From positions 448,001 to 512,000 of the forward strand of contig CAWDVE010000019.1 of the NCBI GenBank assembly GCA_963805625.1: 64,000 bases of DNA, given 5' to 3'. Positions 37,623 through 47,482 of the stretch are shown here, piece by piece; the first letter of the stretch is position 1, and each line of letters opens with the position of its first letter. This DNA comes from an uncultured Candidatus Rokubacteria bacterium. GTDB lineage: Bacteria; Methylomirabilota; Methylomirabilia; Rokubacteriales; DASRDR01. Under the pieces are notes generated by a model that was not told where the DNA came from, did no database searches, and saw only the letters and a list, made by a program, of their open reading frames with translations. A program made the position numbers and the translations under genes.

Positions 37623-39009
37623 CTACGCGCGGAGGGCTGCGAGGAGCGCGAGGCCCTTCGACGATCTGCTCGCCCGCGCCGGGGCGGAACGGCGAGGTGT
37701 CGACCTCGTAGCCCCGGTCCGGATATGCCTCGGCCGTTGGCAGTTAGCCCAGGTAGTCGTTCGTGTAGCCGGAGAAGAGCGTGTGCGGGAAGGGCGAGCG
37801 TGCCTTGACCTGGACGCCCAGCTCGCTGAATGGCTCCCCGGCGAAGCCGACGAGCGCGACGTCACCGAGGCGAATGCCGTGGAGCTCCGTCTCCACCTCG
37901 AGGAGCCCCGCGTATTGCCGCGCCTTGTCGGCGAACATGCCTGCGCGCCGCGCCAGTCCGACGGCGACGCACAGGTCTTCCTCGCTGACCTTGCCCCGGC
38001 TCGCGGCGAGCTCCGCCGCGCGATTCCGGGCGTCCGCGACGGCTTCGGCGACCGGCGGGTACTCCCGCACCGGCAGCCGCATGGCCTGCGTCGCCACGCG
38101 CAGGGTCCCGTCCGGCTCGCCCGCGGGCTCGTCCGCGTAGATCCCGAGCGGGGCCCCGGATTCCATGACCCGGAGGAGCCGCTCTCGCCGCGGCACGGTC
38201 TGGAGGCGCAGGGCCAGCCGCGCCGCCTCGTGCCCCAGGATCGCCCCGAGCCGACGATAGACCGCGACATCTCCCACGTAGTCGACGATCGCGTGGACGT
38301 TCCCGGCCGCGCCCTGAAGGAAGAGGCACGTGGCGCCAGTGGCATGCTCGACGACCTGGCGGACGATGCCTGGGTAGTCGGGTGTGATCAAGCGGTTCGG
38401 ATGTCCCATGATCGTCGGGTGGCAGCCGTAGTGGACGATCACGGCGAGCGGGCGCTCGTCGAGGTCGTCGATCCGCACGACCTTCACTTCACGGTCGACG
38501 AAGCCCTCCCAGTTCCGGCCGGCGACGACCCGGCCGGTCGGGAGCTTGAGCCGCCGGTTGACGACGATGTCCGAGGAGCCGGAGCCCGCCGCCACCCGGA
38601 CCGGCTGGAGGCGCCGCTTGGCCTCCCAGGCGGCGCCCGCGATCCGCCCGGCCAGGCTCGCCACGTACGGGCCGATCAGCTCCTCCCCCTCGGTCATCCA
38701 GCTGGGGCCCAGCATCGGGCCCGAGTGCGTGTGGGTGTACGAGAGCCGGACGTGTGCGAACGGAATGCCGCAGAGGTCGGCGACCGCCTGACGGATGGGA
38801 TCGGCGAGGTCGCGCCCGACGACGCACAAGTCGACGTCGACGAGCGCGGCCTCGACGGGCCCGTTGGCGAGCACGAGAACGGTGGCCAGGAGGTCCATGT
38901 CGACCCCCTCGGCCCGCTGGTGCGTCTGGACGCCCCAGCCGGCGTGGGCGATGCCGACGGGCGGGGTGATGATGGCGCGGCCCACGCCGGCGCGGAGCGT
39001 CGGGGTCAT
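37623..39009 (-). pseudogene. Neutral/alkaline-ceramidase-like amidohydrolase with an in-frame TAA at 37744 and a frameshift near the C-terminus
   Basis: ITPP, THTHSGP, NRR, YGCHPT, FLQGAAGN and GEPF; continues past the TAA as LPTAEAYPDRGYEVDTSPF. Confidence 0.75.
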
Positions 39010-39010
39010 G

Positions 39011-40594
39011 CTACTTCTGGACCGTCATCTCCCGGAGGGCGACGAAGGGCCGCGACTGACTGTTGATGTAGAAGCCGCCCACCTTGCCGGTGGATGCCCA
39101 CAGGAACGGCTGTGGCTGGAGCCGGACGAACGGCACGTCGTCGGCCACGATCTCGGAGATCCGCTTGTAGATGGCCTTGCGCCGCTCGACGTTGAGCTCG
39201 CCGCGCCCGGAGGTCAGAAGGTCGTCCATGTCCTTACGGGTGTAGCCGCCCGGGTTGTTCTGGCCGCCGGTGAAGAGTGCGCTCACGACGAGGCCGTCTG
39301 GGTCCGCCTCGCGCAGGAAGATCGTCTGGCCGAGCTGGAACTGCTTGTCCCGGTAGACCTGCTGGATCCACGTCGCGAACTCGAGCTGGGTGAGCTTCAC
39401 GTTCACGCCGCCCTTGCGGAACGTCTCCTTGCACACCTCGGCGACCTTGACGGTATCCGGGCGGGTACCGATGACCTTCCACTCGAGCTCGATGCCGTTC
39501 GGGTGTCCGGCCTCGGTCAGGAGCTTCTTGGCGGCGTCGGCGTCGTACCGGGGGCACGTGACGTCGCTGTGGGCCCAGTGGCCGATCGGAAAGGGGTTAC
39601 AGCCCTGCTCGATCGTGCCCACGCCATAGTACACGGCGCGGTTCAGCGCCTCGCGATCCACCAGGTGGGCGATGGCCTGCCGGAGCTTCTTGTTGTCGAG
39701 CGGCGGGGCGTGCTTGATGAGGATGACGGCATACGCGGACGAGGCCTTCGGCTCGTGGATCGCCAGGCCGGGGGTGGCGCGGAGGTCGCGGAGCGCCTCG
39801 AACGGGACCTCGCTGACGATGTCGGTGGTGCCGGTCTTGAGGTTCGCGACGCGGGTCGACGGCTCAACCACGGGCACCCATCGGATCTCGTCCACCTTGG
39901 GCTGCCCGGCCACGTAGAACTTCTCCCAGCGGCGGACCAGCAAGTGCGAATTCGGCACGCGCTCCACGAAGCGGAACGGCCCGGTGCCGACCGGCTCGAC
40001 GCCGATCTTCTCGACGTTCTCCTTGGCGACGATCATCGCGAAGGCGAGGTTGGCCAGGAAGGGCGCCGACGGCTGCTTGAGGACGATCCGGACCCGGTAG
40101 TCGTCGACCACCTCGGCGCGCTCCATGTCGAGGATGAGCGTGTACCACTTGCTCCGGCCGCCGAGACCCTGGATCCGCTCGAGGGAGAATTTGACGTCGT
40201 CGGCCTTCATCTCGCGCCCGTTGTGGAAGAGCACGCCCTTCCGCAGCTGGAACACGTATGTCTTCGGGTCGGGCTGGGTCCAGGATTGCGCGAGATCGGG
40301 CACCGGCTGGAAGTCGCGATCCAGCGCGGTCAGGCTGGAGAACATGGACTCCCACGGGCAGTAGTCGTTCCAGGCCGTGACCAGGTGGGGATCGAGCTGC
40401 TGGATGTCCGTCGCCATGTTGATCCGCATCGTGCCGCCGGCCTGTGCAGCCGCCGACTCGGGCTGGGCGGCGGCCAGGAGGCCGAGACCGGCCAGGGCGA
40501 TGCCACCCTCGCCGGCCAGGCGTAGGAGATCGCGGCGGCTCAGTGGAAGCCCGTTGGACTCGAGGACGTCGAGGATGCGCCGAGTGTCGGTCAT
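39011..40594 (-). CDS. Peptide/nickel (SBP_bac_5) ABC substrate-binding protein with Tat signal
   Basis: SRRDLL, PDLAQSW, LRKGVLFHNG and PVGTGPF. Confidence 0.92.
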   Translation of the reverse strand: MTDTRRILDVLESNGLPLSRRDLLRLAGEGGIALAGLGLLAAAQPESAAAQAGGTMRINMATDIQQLDPHLVTAWNDYCPWESMFSSLTALDRDFQPVPDLAQSWTQPDPKTYVFQLRKGVLFHNGREMKADDVKFSLERIQGLGGRSKWYTLILDMERAEVVDDYRVRIVLKQPSAPFLANLAFAMIVAKENVEKIGVEPVGTGPFRFVERVPNSHLLVRRWEKFYVAGQPKVDEIRWVPVVEPSTRVANLKTGTTDIVSEVPFEALRDLRATPGLAIHEPKASSAYAVILIKHAPPLDNKKLRQAIAHLVDREALNRAVYYGVGTIEQGCNPFPIGHWAHSDVTCPRYDADAAKKLLTEAGHPNGIELEWKVIGTRPDTVKVAEVCKETFRKGGVNVKLTQLEFATWIQQVYRDKQFQLGQTIFLREADPDGLVVSALFTGGQNNPGGYTRKDMDDLLTSGRGELNVERRKAIYKRISEIVADDVPFVRLQPQPFLWASTGKVGGFYINSQSRPFVALREMTVQK

Positions 40595-40655
40595 GGTGTG
40601 GTCCTCCTGTGTGAACGGTGTGACGGAGGTGTGGACCGGATGGCGGCGGGGCGAC

Positions 40656-41498
40656 TCATGCGCCGCGCTCCGCCATGCGGAGACGAGGGTCGAGCGCCTC
40701 CCGGAGCCCGTCGCCCAGGAAGTTGAGCGCGAGGACGGTCACGAAGATCGAGAGACCCGGGAACGTCGCGTACCAGGGCGCCTGGCCGAGCAGGCTCCGT
40801 CCGAAGGACAGCATGGAGCCCCAGGAGGGATCCGGCGGCTGGACCCCGAGCCCGAGGAACGAGAGCGCGGCCTCGACGAGGATCGCGTTGGCCACGGCGA
40901 GCGAGCCCTGGACGATCAGCGGCGAGAGGCAGTTGGGTAGGATGACGCCGGCCGCGATGTAGACGCTGCCAGCCCCCAGCGCTCGCGCCGCCTCGACGAA
41001 CTCCTTCTCGCGGATCGACAGGGCGTTGGCACGCGTGATGCGCGCGAAGGCCGGGACGAACACGATTCCGATCGCCACCATGGCGTTCTGGAGCGATGGC
41101 CCGAGGACGGCCATCAGCGCGATGGCCAGCAGGATCGCCGGGAACGCCAGCAGGGCGTCCATGAGGCGCATGACGAGGCCGTCGAGCCGACCGCCGACGT
41201 ACCCGGCCAGGAGACCCAGCGGGATACCCACGGAGGCAGCGATCCCCACCGCGATCGCGCCGACCATGAGTGAGGCGCGCGCCCCGTACACGATCCGGCT
41301 CAGGATGTCGCGCCCCAGGTCGTCCGTGCCCAGCCAGTAGCGGGCGGACGGCGGGAGGAGGCTGTCGATGGGATGGATCTCGTCGGGCCGATACGGCGTG
41401 ACCCAGGGGGCGAAGATGGCGAGCAGGGCGAGGAGGCCGGTCAGCCCAAGCCCGAACGCCGCCGTGCGGCTCCGGAGCAAGCCCCTGAGGACTGTCAT
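40656..41498 (-). CDS. Peptide ABC permease (DppC/OppC-like)
   Basis: LGTDDLGRD, EFVEAARALG and LSFLGLG. Confidence 0.92.
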   Translation of the reverse strand: MTVLRGLLRSRTAAFGLGLTGLLALLAIFAPWVTPYRPDEIHPIDSLLPPSARYWLGTDDLGRDILSRIVYGARASLMVGAIAVGIAASVGIPLGLLAGYVGGRLDGLVMRLMDALLAFPAILLAIALMAVLGPSLQNAMVAIGIVFVPAFARITRANALSIREKEFVEAARALGAGSVYIAAGVILPNCLSPLIVQGSLAVANAILVEAALSFLGLGVQPPDPSWGSMLSFGRSLLGQAPWYATFPGLSIFVTVLALNFLGDGLREALDPRLRMAERGA

Positions 41499-41508
41499 CG
41501 GATGCCGC

Positions 41509-42462
41509 TCAGCCCGGAGACCCGTACCGGATCCGCGGGTCGAGGTAGAGGTACAGGAGATCCACCGCGAAGTTGACCAGCACGAAGGCGGTGGCGACGA
41601 ACAGCACCACGCCCTGGACCACGCCGTAGTCACGCTGCTGGATGGCGGCCAGGGAGAGGCGGCCCAGCCCCGGCCATCCGAAGACCTGCTCGATCACGAT
41701 GCTGCCGCCGAGGAGGGCACCGAGCTGGAGGCCCAGCACGGTGACGACCGACAGCAAGGCGTTCTTCAGCGCGTGCCGGGTGACCACCGCTCGCTCGGGC
41801 AGGCCCTTGGCGCGGGCGGTCCGGACGTAGTCGAGCGCCAGGACGTCGAGCATGCCCGAGCGAAGGAAGCGCGTCAGGGGCGCCGCGAGCGCGACCCCGA
41901 GGGTGACCGCGGGCAGGATGCTCGTCCGGAGGGCGCCGATGGGATCGGTCCTGAGCGGAAGGTATCCTGACGGGGGCAGCCAGCGGAGCTCGAGGGAGAA
42001 GAGAAGGACGAGCATGATGCCCAGCCAGAAGCTCGGAAGCGAGATACCGAGGAGGGCGAAGGTCGTCGACCCCTGATCGACCCACGAGCGCGGCCTGAGC
42101 GCGGCGACGATGCCGGCCGGGAAGGCGATGAGGAGCGCGACGACGAACGCGCTCGCCACGAGCTGGAGCGTCACCGGCAGCGCACCGAGGATCAGCGCCA
42201 GTGCCGGCTGCTTGGAGACCCAGGACGTCCCGAAGTTCCCGGCGGCCACGGCACGGAGCCAGCGAACGTACTGGACGACGATGGGCTGGTCCAGCCCCAT
42301 CTCGCGCCGGATCTGGGCCATCACCTGCGGCGTCGCCTCGGTGCCCAGCATGACGGCCGCGGGGTCTCCGGGGATGAGCCGCACGATCGTGAAGACCATG
42401 ATCGAGAGGAAGAACAGGACGAGGACCAGCTGGACGGTTCGCTCGACGAGATAACGCTGCAT
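41509..42462 (-). CDS. Peptide ABC permease (DppB/OppB-like)
   Basis: PGDPA, DYVRTARAKG and EQVFGWPGLG. Confidence 0.92.
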   Translation of the reverse strand: MQRYLVERTVQLVLVLFFLSIMVFTIVRLIPGDPAAVMLGTEATPQVMAQIRREMGLDQPIVVQYVRWLRAVAAGNFGTSWVSKQPALALILGALPVTLQLVASAFVVALLIAFPAGIVAALRPRSWVDQGSTTFALLGISLPSFWLGIMLVLLFSLELRWLPPSGYLPLRTDPIGALRTSILPAVTLGVALAAPLTRFLRSGMLDVLALDYVRTARAKGLPERAVVTRHALKNALLSVVTVLGLQLGALLGGSIVIEQVFGWPGLGRLSLAAIQQRDYGVVQGVVLFVATAFVLVNFAVDLLYLYLDPRIRYGSPG

Positions 42463-42483
42463 CAGGCGCCCAAAAGCTCGGTC

Positions 42484-42589
42484 AGTATAGCGACCAAACC
42501 CGACCTGTCAAGGCAGCCGGCCTCATTGACGAGGCCGCGCCAGGAACCCCAGGTTGCACCTTGACACGCTCGGGCCGCGCGGCCACGAT
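42484..42589. promoter_or_regulatory. Divergent sigma-70 promoters
   Basis: Minus strand TTGACA-N16-TATACT (42511..42484); plus strand TTGACA-N17-CACGAT (42561..42589). Confidence 0.6.
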
Positions 42590-42649
42590 TCGGTTCATGG
42601 ATTCCCGGCGGCCTCCGGCTTGACGGCACCCTCGACCGAGGAGAGGCCG

Positions 42650-43993
42650 ATGACCTCGAGCTACGCCGCGCTCGACGAGCGCTATCTCCATCCCATGACC
42701 GATCCGGCGGACAAGGGGCGCCTCACCGTCCTCGTCCGCGGTCAGGGTATCCGCCTCGAGGACGCGGAGGGGCGCTCGTACATCGATGGGCTGGCCGGCC
42801 TCTGGAACGTCAACCTGGGGCACGGACGCGAGGAGCTGGTCGAGGCCGCGGCCGACCAGATGCGTCGGCTCGCCTTCGCCAACACGTACAGCGGCTACGC
42901 GAACGCGCCGGCGCTCGAGCTGGCCGCGCGCCTCGAGACTCTCGCATATCCCGGGCTGCGGGCGAGCTTCCTCGCCACCAGCGGGGTCGACGCCAACGAG
43001 GCGGCGTTCAAGACGGCGCGCTACTTCTGGCGGCGCCGGGGCCGGCCGTCGAAGGTCAAGGTGATCTCGCTGGAGCACGGGTATCACGGCGCGACGATCG
43101 CGGGCATGAGCGCGACCGGGATTCCGGACTACGCGCGGATGTTCCAGCCCCGGCTCGCGGAGTTCCTCCACGTCCGCTCGCACTACCCGTACCGCTGTGA
43201 CTTCGCCCGGCCGGGGGAGGGACCCGGGGCGGCCGCCGCCCGCGTGCTGGAGGAGGCGATCGTCCGCGAGGAGCCGGAGACCGTGGCGGCCTTCCTGGCC
43301 GAGCCGGTGCAGGGCGCGGGCGGGGTCATCGTCCCGCCGGACGACTACTTCCCGCGGGTTCGGGAGATCCTGGACCGGCACGACGTGCTCCTGATCGCCG
43401 ACGAGATCATCACGGGGTTCGGCCGGACGGGGGAGTGGTTCGGGCTCACGCGCTGGGACGTGCGGCCGGACATCTTCACCTTCGCCAAGGGCGTCACCAG
43501 CGCGTACCTGCCGCTCGGCGGGATGATGGTGAGCGAGGCGATCGCGCGCGCGATCCACGAGGCGCCGGCGGCCGAGCGGTGGGCGCACTCCTCGACCTAC
43601 GCCGGGCACCCGGTTTGCTGCGCGGTGGCGCTCCGAACACTGGACATCCTGGAGCGCGAGCGGCTCGTCCCGCGCGTCGCCCGGCTCGGCCGCTACCTGC
43701 TGGACCGGCTGCGTACCCTCGAGGACCTCGACTGCGTCGGCGAGGTGCGGGGGCTCGGCCTCATGGCGGCCGTCGAGCTGGTCGCCGACCGGTGGACGAA
43801 GACGGCCTTCGCCCCGGATCTCCGCGTGGGCATGCGGATCACGCGGCACGCGCAGGAGGCCGGGCTCATGCTCAGGACGCGTGGCGAGGTGGTAACGCTG
43901 GCGCCGCCCTTCGTGATCACGGAGGCGGAGATCGACGAGACGGTGGCGATTCTCCGTGCCGCCATCGAGAAGACCATGGGAGAGATTCGATGA
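42650..43993 (+). CDS. Class III PLP-dependent aminotransferase
   Basis: DGLAGLW, GYHG, EPVQGAGG, ADEIITGFGRTG and FAKGVTS. Confidence 0.92.
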   Translation: MTSSYAALDERYLHPMTDPADKGRLTVLVRGQGIRLEDAEGRSYIDGLAGLWNVNLGHGREELVEAAADQMRRLAFANTYSGYANAPALELAARLETLAYPGLRASFLATSGVDANEAAFKTARYFWRRRGRPSKVKVISLEHGYHGATIAGMSATGIPDYARMFQPRLAEFLHVRSHYPYRCDFARPGEGPGAAAARVLEEAIVREEPETVAAFLAEPVQGAGGVIVPPDDYFPRVREILDRHDVLLIADEIITGFGRTGEWFGLTRWDVRPDIFTFAKGVTSAYLPLGGMMVSEAIARAIHEAPAAERWAHSSTYAGHPVCCAVALRTLDILERERLVPRVARLGRYLLDRLRTLEDLDCVGEVRGLGLMAAVELVADRWTKTAFAPDLRVGMRITRHAQEAGLMLRTRGEVVTLAPPFVITEAEIDETVAILRAAIEKTMGEIR

Positions 43994-44048
43994 CACGGCT
44001 CGCGGGGCCACGCGGCGCTCACGCAACGCCTTGGGTGCGAGGGACATC

Positions 44049-44075
44049 ACCCCTCCCCCGGCGGGGGGAAGGGGT
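44049..44075. repeat. Short intragenic-spacer GC hairpin (REP-like)
   Basis: ACCCCTCCCCC-GGC-GGGGGGAAGGGGT imperfect stem between co-directional genes. Confidence 0.3.
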
Positions 44076-44096
44076 CGGGGGGTGTCGGAGGAGTCG

Positions 44097-44846
44097 ATGA
44101 CGTTCACGGGCAAGGTCGGCGTGATCACGGGCGCGGGGTCGGGGATCGGGCGGGCGACGGCGCGGCTCCTCGCCGAGCGGGGCGGGGCGGTCGTCGTCGC
44201 CGACGTCAACCGCGCGGCGGCCGAGGAGACCGTGACCCTTGTGCGGGCGAGAGGTGGCCGGGCGGAGGCCTGCGCGTGCGACGTGACGCGCGCCGAGGAC
44301 GTGGACGCTGCCGTCGCCCTGGCGCGCCGGACCTTCGGCCGCCTCGACGTGGTGGTCAACTGCGCCGGCATCCTCCGCGTGGCACCGCTCGAGGACACCT
44401 CCGAGAAGGAGTGGGAAGAGGTCATGGCGGTGAACCTGACCGGCGCCTTCCTCCTCACCCGGGCGGCGCTCCGCGCGCTGCGCGAGCAAGGCGGTGGAGC
44501 GATCGTCCACATCGCCTCCCGGGCGGCGCTCCGGGCGAAGGAAGGGCACGGCGCCTACTCGGCGTCGAAGGCCGGCATCCTTCAGCTCACGCAGATGGCG
44601 GCGGTCGAGGGAGCGCGCCACGGTATCCGCGTGAACTGCGTCTGCCCGGGTTTCATCGACACGCCCATGACCCGCGGGATGTACGACATGGGAGCGACCA
44701 TCGCCGCGTGGAAGGAGGTCTGCCCGCTCGGGCGGGCGGGCACACCCGAGGACGTGGCCAGGGCGATGCTCTTCCTGGCCTCGGAGGACGCCGGCTTCAT
44801 CACCGGCGTCGCGCTGCCGGTCGACGGCGGCCGCACGGTCGTGTAA
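44097..44846 (+). CDS. SDR family oxidoreductase
   Basis: TGAGSGIG, VNCAG and YSASK. Confidence 0.9.
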   Translation: MTFTGKVGVITGAGSGIGRATARLLAERGGAVVVADVNRAAAEETVTLVRARGGRAEACACDVTRAEDVDAAVALARRTFGRLDVVVNCAGILRVAPLEDTSEKEWEEVMAVNLTGAFLLTRAALRALREQGGGAIVHIASRAALRAKEGHGAYSASKAGILQLTQMAAVEGARHGIRVNCVCPGFIDTPMTRGMYDMGATIAAWKEVCPLGRAGTPEDVARAMLFLASEDAGFITGVALPVDGGRTVV

Positions 44847-44858
44847 GAGGCGGAGCCG

Positions 44859-45635
44859 ATGATCGTCCGGGATCTTCCGATCGGAGCGCCGGTGAAGCTG
44901 GGTGGGCCGGAAACGCCGCGCATCGGCCTGGTCGTGCCCGCCACCGACCAGGTGAGCGAGGCGGCCTTCGCCGAGATGCTTGCGGGCCATCCGGTGTCGG
45001 TCGTCGCGAGCCGAGTTGCGTTCGAGAACCCGGTGGTGATGGCGACCCTCTCCCGCATGGTCGACGATCTCTTCCGGGCCACGGCGCTCTTGCTGCCCGG
45101 GGGCCGGATCGACGTGGTGGCCTTCTCCTGCACGTCGGGCACGGTGGCCGCGGGCCTCGATAGGGTGACGCGTGCCATCGAGGCCGCCAAGCCCGGCGTC
45201 CCGTTCACGACGCCGATCACCGCGGCGGTGGCGGCCTTCCGGCGCCTTGGCGTACGGCGGATCGCCGTGCTGACGCCCTACGTCGACGAGGTGAACGAGG
45301 CGATCCACGGGTTTCTGACCGCCTCCGGCCTCGAGGTCGTCGAGTTCGGCAGCTTCCACCTCCGGACCGAGCCGGAGATCGCCAGCGTCCCGCCGGAGGC
45401 GATCGTCACCGCCGGGAGGTCGATCGCGGTCCCCGGCGCGGAGGCGGTGTTCATCTCCTGCACCGGGCTTCAGGGGCACGCGGCCATCGCCGCGCTCGAG
45501 GCCGCGACCGGCCGCCCCGTTGTCACCAGCAACCAGGCCCAGGTGTGGGAGGCGCTATCGCTGGCCGGCTACGGACGGCCGCTCCACGGATACGGTCGCC
45601 TCCTTCAAGGCCTCGGGCCCGCACGGGCCGCGTAG
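44859..45635 (+). CDS. Maleate cis-trans isomerase / Asp-Glu racemase family (EutA-like)
   Basis: IGLVVPATD, FSCTSG, LTPY, ISCTG and VVTSNQA. Confidence 0.85.
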   Translation: MIVRDLPIGAPVKLGGPETPRIGLVVPATDQVSEAAFAEMLAGHPVSVVASRVAFENPVVMATLSRMVDDLFRATALLLPGGRIDVVAFSCTSGTVAAGLDRVTRAIEAAKPGVPFTTPITAAVAAFRRLGVRRIAVLTPYVDEVNEAIHGFLTASGLEVVEFGSFHLRTEPEIASVPPEAIVTAGRSIAVPGAEAVFISCTGLQGHAAIAALEAATGRPVVTSNQAQVWEALSLAGYGRPLHGYGRLLQGLGPARAA

Positions 45636-45654
45636 ATCGCCCGGGGACCGCGGC

Positions 45655-46500
45655 TTGGCGCTCGCACACGCGCAGGTCGCGAAGTTCCGCGAGGAAGGGT
45701 TCGTCGCCGGCATCCCGGTCTTCAGCGGGGCCGAGTGCGAGCGGTTCCGGGAGACCGCCGAGCGGTTCCAGGCCGAGCGCCCGACGGACCGGGCCTGGGC
45801 CTTCGACATCAAGTGCAATCTCCTGTTCGACTGGGTTTACGCGAACGCGACGCATCCGCGGCTCCTCGACGCCGTGGCCGACCTCCTGGGTGAGGATCTC
45901 CTCCTGACGGACTCCGTGTTCCGGATCAAGGAGCCGGGGTCGGGCACGCACTACGGCTGGCACCAGGACTCGGCGCGCATCGTCGTCGAGCCCGCGCCGG
46001 CGATTGTCTACGTGGCGATCTCCGACGCGACGATGGAGAACGGTTGCCTTGCGGTGATCCCGCGGACCCACGACCGTGTCCGGGATTTCGACCTCGTCGA
46101 GAACCCGGGGCAGGCGCACCGCCGCGTGGCGCGGCTGCGCGAGGTCGACCCGAGCCAGGCCGTGTACATGGAGCTTCGAGCCGGCGAGGTCGCCATCTTC
46201 AGCGCCAACGTGGTCCACGGCTCGGCCCCGAACCGCGCACGGGCCGCGCGCTTCGCGATCCTCCACGACTACACGCCGGCGTCGGGACGCCAGTCAGTCG
46301 GACGGGGCTCGGGGCAGGTCGTGCGAGGCCGCGACGTGTTCGGCCACTTCGCACACGAGCCCGTCCCCTCGGCGGACTTCGAGGCGAACGTCCGCATGCG
46401 CCGGCGGATCCTCACCGAGTATCCGGAGAACATCCTGATGGGCCCGCTCGAGCCGGGCGCCCGGCCCGACTTCCCGGATCGCCGCGAGGTGCCGGCGTAA
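45655..46500 (+). CDS. Phytanoyl-CoA dioxygenase (PhyH) family Fe(II)/2OG dioxygenase
   Basis: WHQD, ENGCL..IP.TH and VHGS.PN..R; TTG start is tentative. Confidence 0.88.
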   Translation: MALAHAQVAKFREEGFVAGIPVFSGAECERFRETAERFQAERPTDRAWAFDIKCNLLFDWVYANATHPRLLDAVADLLGEDLLLTDSVFRIKEPGSGTHYGWHQDSARIVVEPAPAIVYVAISDATMENGCLAVIPRTHDRVRDFDLVENPGQAHRRVARLREVDPSQAVYMELRAGEVAIFSANVVHGSAPNRARAARFAILHDYTPASGRQSVGRGSGQVVRGRDVFGHFAHEPVPSADFEANVRMRRRILTEYPENILMGPLEPGARPDFPDRREVPA

Positions 46501-46600
46501 CCGGACCGTCGCCGTACTCGTCTTATCGCAACCCGGGGGTGCTGGACGGCCCGAGCGCCCCCGCGGGGCGACGTCGTGAAGGGCCGAAGGGGGAGGGCTC

Positions 46601-47398
46601 CTGCTAGAAAACCGTGTCAAGCGGATCGTCGCCGACGGCGGTATGGCCATCGTGACGTTCGGCGGTTGCCTGCGCGGTCCCGAGATCGTGGAGCTGGTCG
46701 GCCATGCGGGATACGACGGCGTTTTCATCGACATGGAGCACATGGCCCACGACCTCCGGGACGTCCAGGCGATGGTGCTCGCGGCGGAGCGGATGGGCAT
46801 CACGCCGATCGTCCGGACGCCGGGCTTCGACGCTGCCCTGGTCTTGCGCCTCCTCGATTTGGGCGTCCAGGGGATCCACGTGCCGCACGTCTCGACAGCC
46901 GCGGTCGCCCGGGACCTCGTGGCCGCGGCGCGCTACACGCCGCTGGGCGAGCGCGGGCTCATCGGCTACAGCCGGGCGGCCGACTACGGGCGCATCCCGC
47001 TGGGTCGGCACATCGAGCAATCGAACCGTGAGGTCTTATTGGCGGTGATGATCGAGGATCGGCAAGGGGTGGAGGAGATCGAGGCGATCGCCGCCGTACC
47101 TGGAATCGATCTGATCGCACCCGGGCCGAACGACCTCGCGGGGGCTCTGGAGGTGCCGGGGCAGCTGGACCATCCGAAGCTCGTGGCGGCCATGGATCGG
47201 ATCGTGGCCGCGGTGAAGAAGGTCAGCGGACCGCGTCTGGCGCTGCCCCTCGGCCATCCGGTCTATCCGCGGACCGTAGCCGAGTGCCGCGAGCTCGGCG
47301 TCGGCCTCCTGCTTTGCGGCACGGCGCCGGAGGCGCGCCTTCTCCGCGCCATGTCTCAGGAGGTGGCCGACGTCCGTCGGGACATCGCGGGAGGCTAG
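46601..47398 (+). CDS. HpcH/HpaI class II aldolase
   Basis: IDMEH, G.RG, MIED and GPNDL; frame extends upstream of ATG 46643 to a CTG at 46601 behind RBS gggagg. Confidence 0.85.
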   Translation: MLENRVKRIVADGGMAIVTFGGCLRGPEIVELVGHAGYDGVFIDMEHMAHDLRDVQAMVLAAERMGITPIVRTPGFDAALVLRLLDLGVQGIHVPHVSTAAVARDLVAAARYTPLGERGLIGYSRAADYGRIPLGRHIEQSNREVLLAVMIEDRQGVEEIEAIAAVPGIDLIAPGPNDLAGALEVPGQLDHPKLVAAMDRIVAAVKKVSGPRLALPLGHPVYPRTVAECRELGVGLLLCGTAPEARLLRAMSQEVADVRRDIAGG

Positions 47399-47482
47399 GC
47401 GGCGAATGCGCGAACGAGGCCAGGCCGGGACCGCGGAGCCATGGACGAGGCTCCGAAGAATTGCGCTCACACGGAGGGGACA

